Shown: positions 61,733-64,000 of the stretch, piece after piece
Numbering within the stretch: the stretch's first letter is position 1
Layout: each line of letters begins with the position of its first letter
Origin: Macrostomum lignano
Taxonomy: Eukaryota
Assembly (NCBI GenBank): GCA_002269645.1
Contig: NIVC01000446.1
Span: 62,001 to 126,000 of the forward strand
Direction: 5' to 3'
DNA: 64,000 bases
Made by a program: the position numbers and the translations under genes
The notes under the pieces: model-generated
Database searches by the model: none
Seen by the model: only the letters and a program-made list of their open reading frames with translations
What the model was told of the DNA's origin: nothing

Positions 61733-62015
61733 CCTGCATATGCATCAAAGGTTGCACAAGAATGGCTAGAGCAGATTAGTAGAACATGAACTTCTAGCCA
61801 AAGTTTTACTAGCTGCCATTGTTGCCAGATCTATTGCCACTTGATTACAGTATGTGAATATACATTGAAGGCAAGGCCTATGCTGTCTGCAATCTGCCAC
61901 AGCAATATTGATTTCTTGAAGGCTGCTATGATAGAAGAGTGGAACACTATATCATTAGCCTACATTAGCAACACTTGCAAGGCTTTCCAAGGATGCCTTC
62001 AGAGAGCCTATAGTT
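61733..62015 (+). mobile_element. Decayed maT transposase, 3' half
   Basis: PAYASKVAQEWL, NMNF*PKFY*LP..PDL.PLDYSM*, HSNIDFLKAAMIEEW, YISNTCKAF; continues the 59501 frame across the TSD. Confidence 0.85.
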
Positions 62016-62814
62016 AATGAAATAAATCTTTTGATAAACTAGGCCCTATCTATAACATTAGCCTTAGTAATTCAATAGTAAAAAGTTTAAACTTAGTTTA
62101 AAGCTTTAAAAATTAGTATTTCACAAATTAATAACCTAATAATAGCTTGAATTGCTACGAAAATGCATTATTATAAAATTAGGACATATTAATATTGCCT
62201 TTGGCTTTGGGTTTGCCTTGATTAATTTTTATTCCTGAAGTAATAAACTATTATTTTTTAATTTTAAAAAAATAAAACTAATAGTATAATTCTATAAAAT
62301 AAAAATAATTAGTTACTCTATAAGTGATATTTTAGTTATATGGCTAATGGTATTGATAATTTAAAATTTAAAAATTAGATAAGATCTTTATCTTTTCATT
62401 ATATTATCTCTATATATAAAGTCTAGGATAATTTATTTTTTAAAACCAATTTAAATGTCAGTTTGAAATAAATTACTAATGATGAATACTAGACTTCATT
62501 GGATATATAGCCAATTACATAGTTTTTGCAATTTCAACATTCTTATGGCCCTATAATATAGCTAGCTACATTGTGCAAGCAATGCATAGGCCACAACTCC
62601 TATATTTCTTAGTGCTTAGAGCAATGTAGATAGAGTGGGATTTCAATCCCTAAAATCCTTGGATTCTAATAATTAAAAAAGATTTGAGATTTCTAAATCT
62701 TTCTTATCCCAATATTCTTAATTCTATCTAATTGGGGATGTAACTGTGACCCTTTATTGGAGAGCAACCATCAATTGGGCCAGTACCTAGGGATGCCCTG
62801 GCTATTATGAATGG

Positions 62815-62960
62815 GCACCAACACCTGTTGTGAATGGGCACCACAGTTGTTGTAAATAGGCCACAGCTGTTGTGAATGGGCGCCACAGCTGTTGTGAATG
62901 GGCGCCACAGCTGTTGTGAATGGGCACCACGGCTGTTGTGAAGGGGAGTCGCAGCTGTTT
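62815..62960 (+). repeat. 22-bp repeat CACAGCTGTTGTGAATGGGC(G/A)C, ~6 copies
   Basis: Direct repetition just upstream of the KDM1A exon. Confidence 0.85.
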
Positions 62961-63051
62961 TAAAATAGAAATTAACTTACTTTTGCCAGTTTGCTATTAA
63001 AACATTTTGTTCAGTTGCAATCGATTCGCTCGCTCCTGCCAGCTGCCAGAC

Positions 63052-63597
63052 ATGGACATGTCAGACGATGACAGCGCCGCCATTAGTCACACAGGCTCCG
63101 AGGATCCCGAGATTAGCGGAGACGAAGATCAACACGCTGGAGGTTCTAGTAGTAGAGGGCCGGCCGATGAGAATCAGACTAGTCGATTAGAATCTGCCGC
63201 TTTCCAATTGCATCTGCCGCATTCGGAGCTGTCTGACAATGAGGCAGAGCATTTCCCGGACGTGAGCACTGGTAGCGCGGCTACTCGACGTGCATTTGTC
63301 TACATTCGAAATCGTATCTTAGCCGCTTGGCTGGACGCTCCGTTGAAGCAATTAACCTTAGCTGAAGCGCAGAAGCAGTTGGAATTAACTAGCGACGCTG
63401 ATAAAGAGCTCTGCCATCGTATTTTAGTATTTCTAGAGCGTCACGGTTTTGTTAATTTTGGCGTCTTCGAACGATTGGAACGTCCGCTGACTTGGCTAGG
63501 AAATGATGGTGATAAACAGCCATTCCGTGTGCTGGTTATCGGGGCTGGCATTGCCGGCTTAGCCGCCGCTCGACAACTCGAGTATTTTGGTTGCCAG
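63052..63597 (+). CDS. KDM1A: Lysine-specific histone demethylase 1 (LSD1), first coding exon; gene continues beyond the window
   Basis: SWIRM domain ESAAFQLHLPH...FPD...YIRNRIL..WL..P..QLT...LERHGFVNFG, then FAD-binding VLVIGAGIAGLAAARQLEYFG; donor CAG|GTGCG at 63597; AG acceptor at 63013-63014 upstream of the ATG. Confidence 0.92.
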
Positions 63598-63654
63598 GTG
63601 CGAGATTGCGTTTTAATTCTAATTAAATTTTAATGATTGATTGGTTTGGAAGGC

Positions 63655-64000
63655 GTGAGGAGTTAGACGAGTGAGGAGGGTTAGACAGGAATGAGGAGGG
63701 TTAGACAGGAGTGAGGAGGGTTAGACAGGAGTGAGGAGGGTTAGACAGGAGTGAGGATGGTTAGACAGGAGTGAGGAGGGTTAGACAGGAATGAGGAGGG
63801 TTAGACAGGAGTGAGGAGGGTTAGACAGGAGTGAGGATGGTTAGACAGGAGTGAGGAGAGTTAGACAGGAGTGAGGAGGGTTAGACAGGAGTGAGGATGG
63901 TTAGACAGGAGTGAGGAGAGTTAGACAGGAGTGAGGAGGGTTAGACAGGAGTGAGGATGGTTAGACAGGAGTGAGGAGGGTTAGACAGGAGTGAGGAGGG
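63655..64000 (+). repeat. 20-bp intronic minisatellite GTTAGACAGGAGTGAGGA(G/T)G; runs off the window end
   Basis: Direct repetition. Confidence 0.96.

Overview
Eukaryotic (metazoan) genomic DNA, extremely rich in minisatellites. The composition, short introns and density of simple repeats suggest a free-living flatworm such as Macrostomum; this is an inference, not verified. Host genes: a frameshifted secreted C-type lectin (+PAN-like tail), an intronless SBK1-family kinase, an intronless class A GPCR, two tandem TLCD3/FAM57 paralogues, two identical tRNA-Lys(UUU) genes, an unidentified 5-exon ~403-aa gene, and the first coding exon of LSD1/KDM1A. Mobile DNA: a full-length, apparently intact 7.5-kb CACTA/EnSpm (CMC) element at 43684-51148 with CCCTAG termini, a 2-bp TG TSD, a transposase and a BEN-domain ORF2; a MITE nested in it; a decayed maT/mariner split by a 2.2-kb hAT-type insertion with an 8-bp TSD; a Helitron-like non-autonomous element; a CORE-type tRNA SINE; an APE non-LTR remnant; a Merlin-like fragment; and small MITEs. 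About 25 tandem arrays are present, and most long ORFs in the six-frame track are artefacts of them. Most notable: the BEN-carrying CACTA element, a CpA>TpA (RIP-like) decay pattern in old transposon DNA, and minisatellites seeded from functional sites (a stop codon, transposon subterminal motifs).
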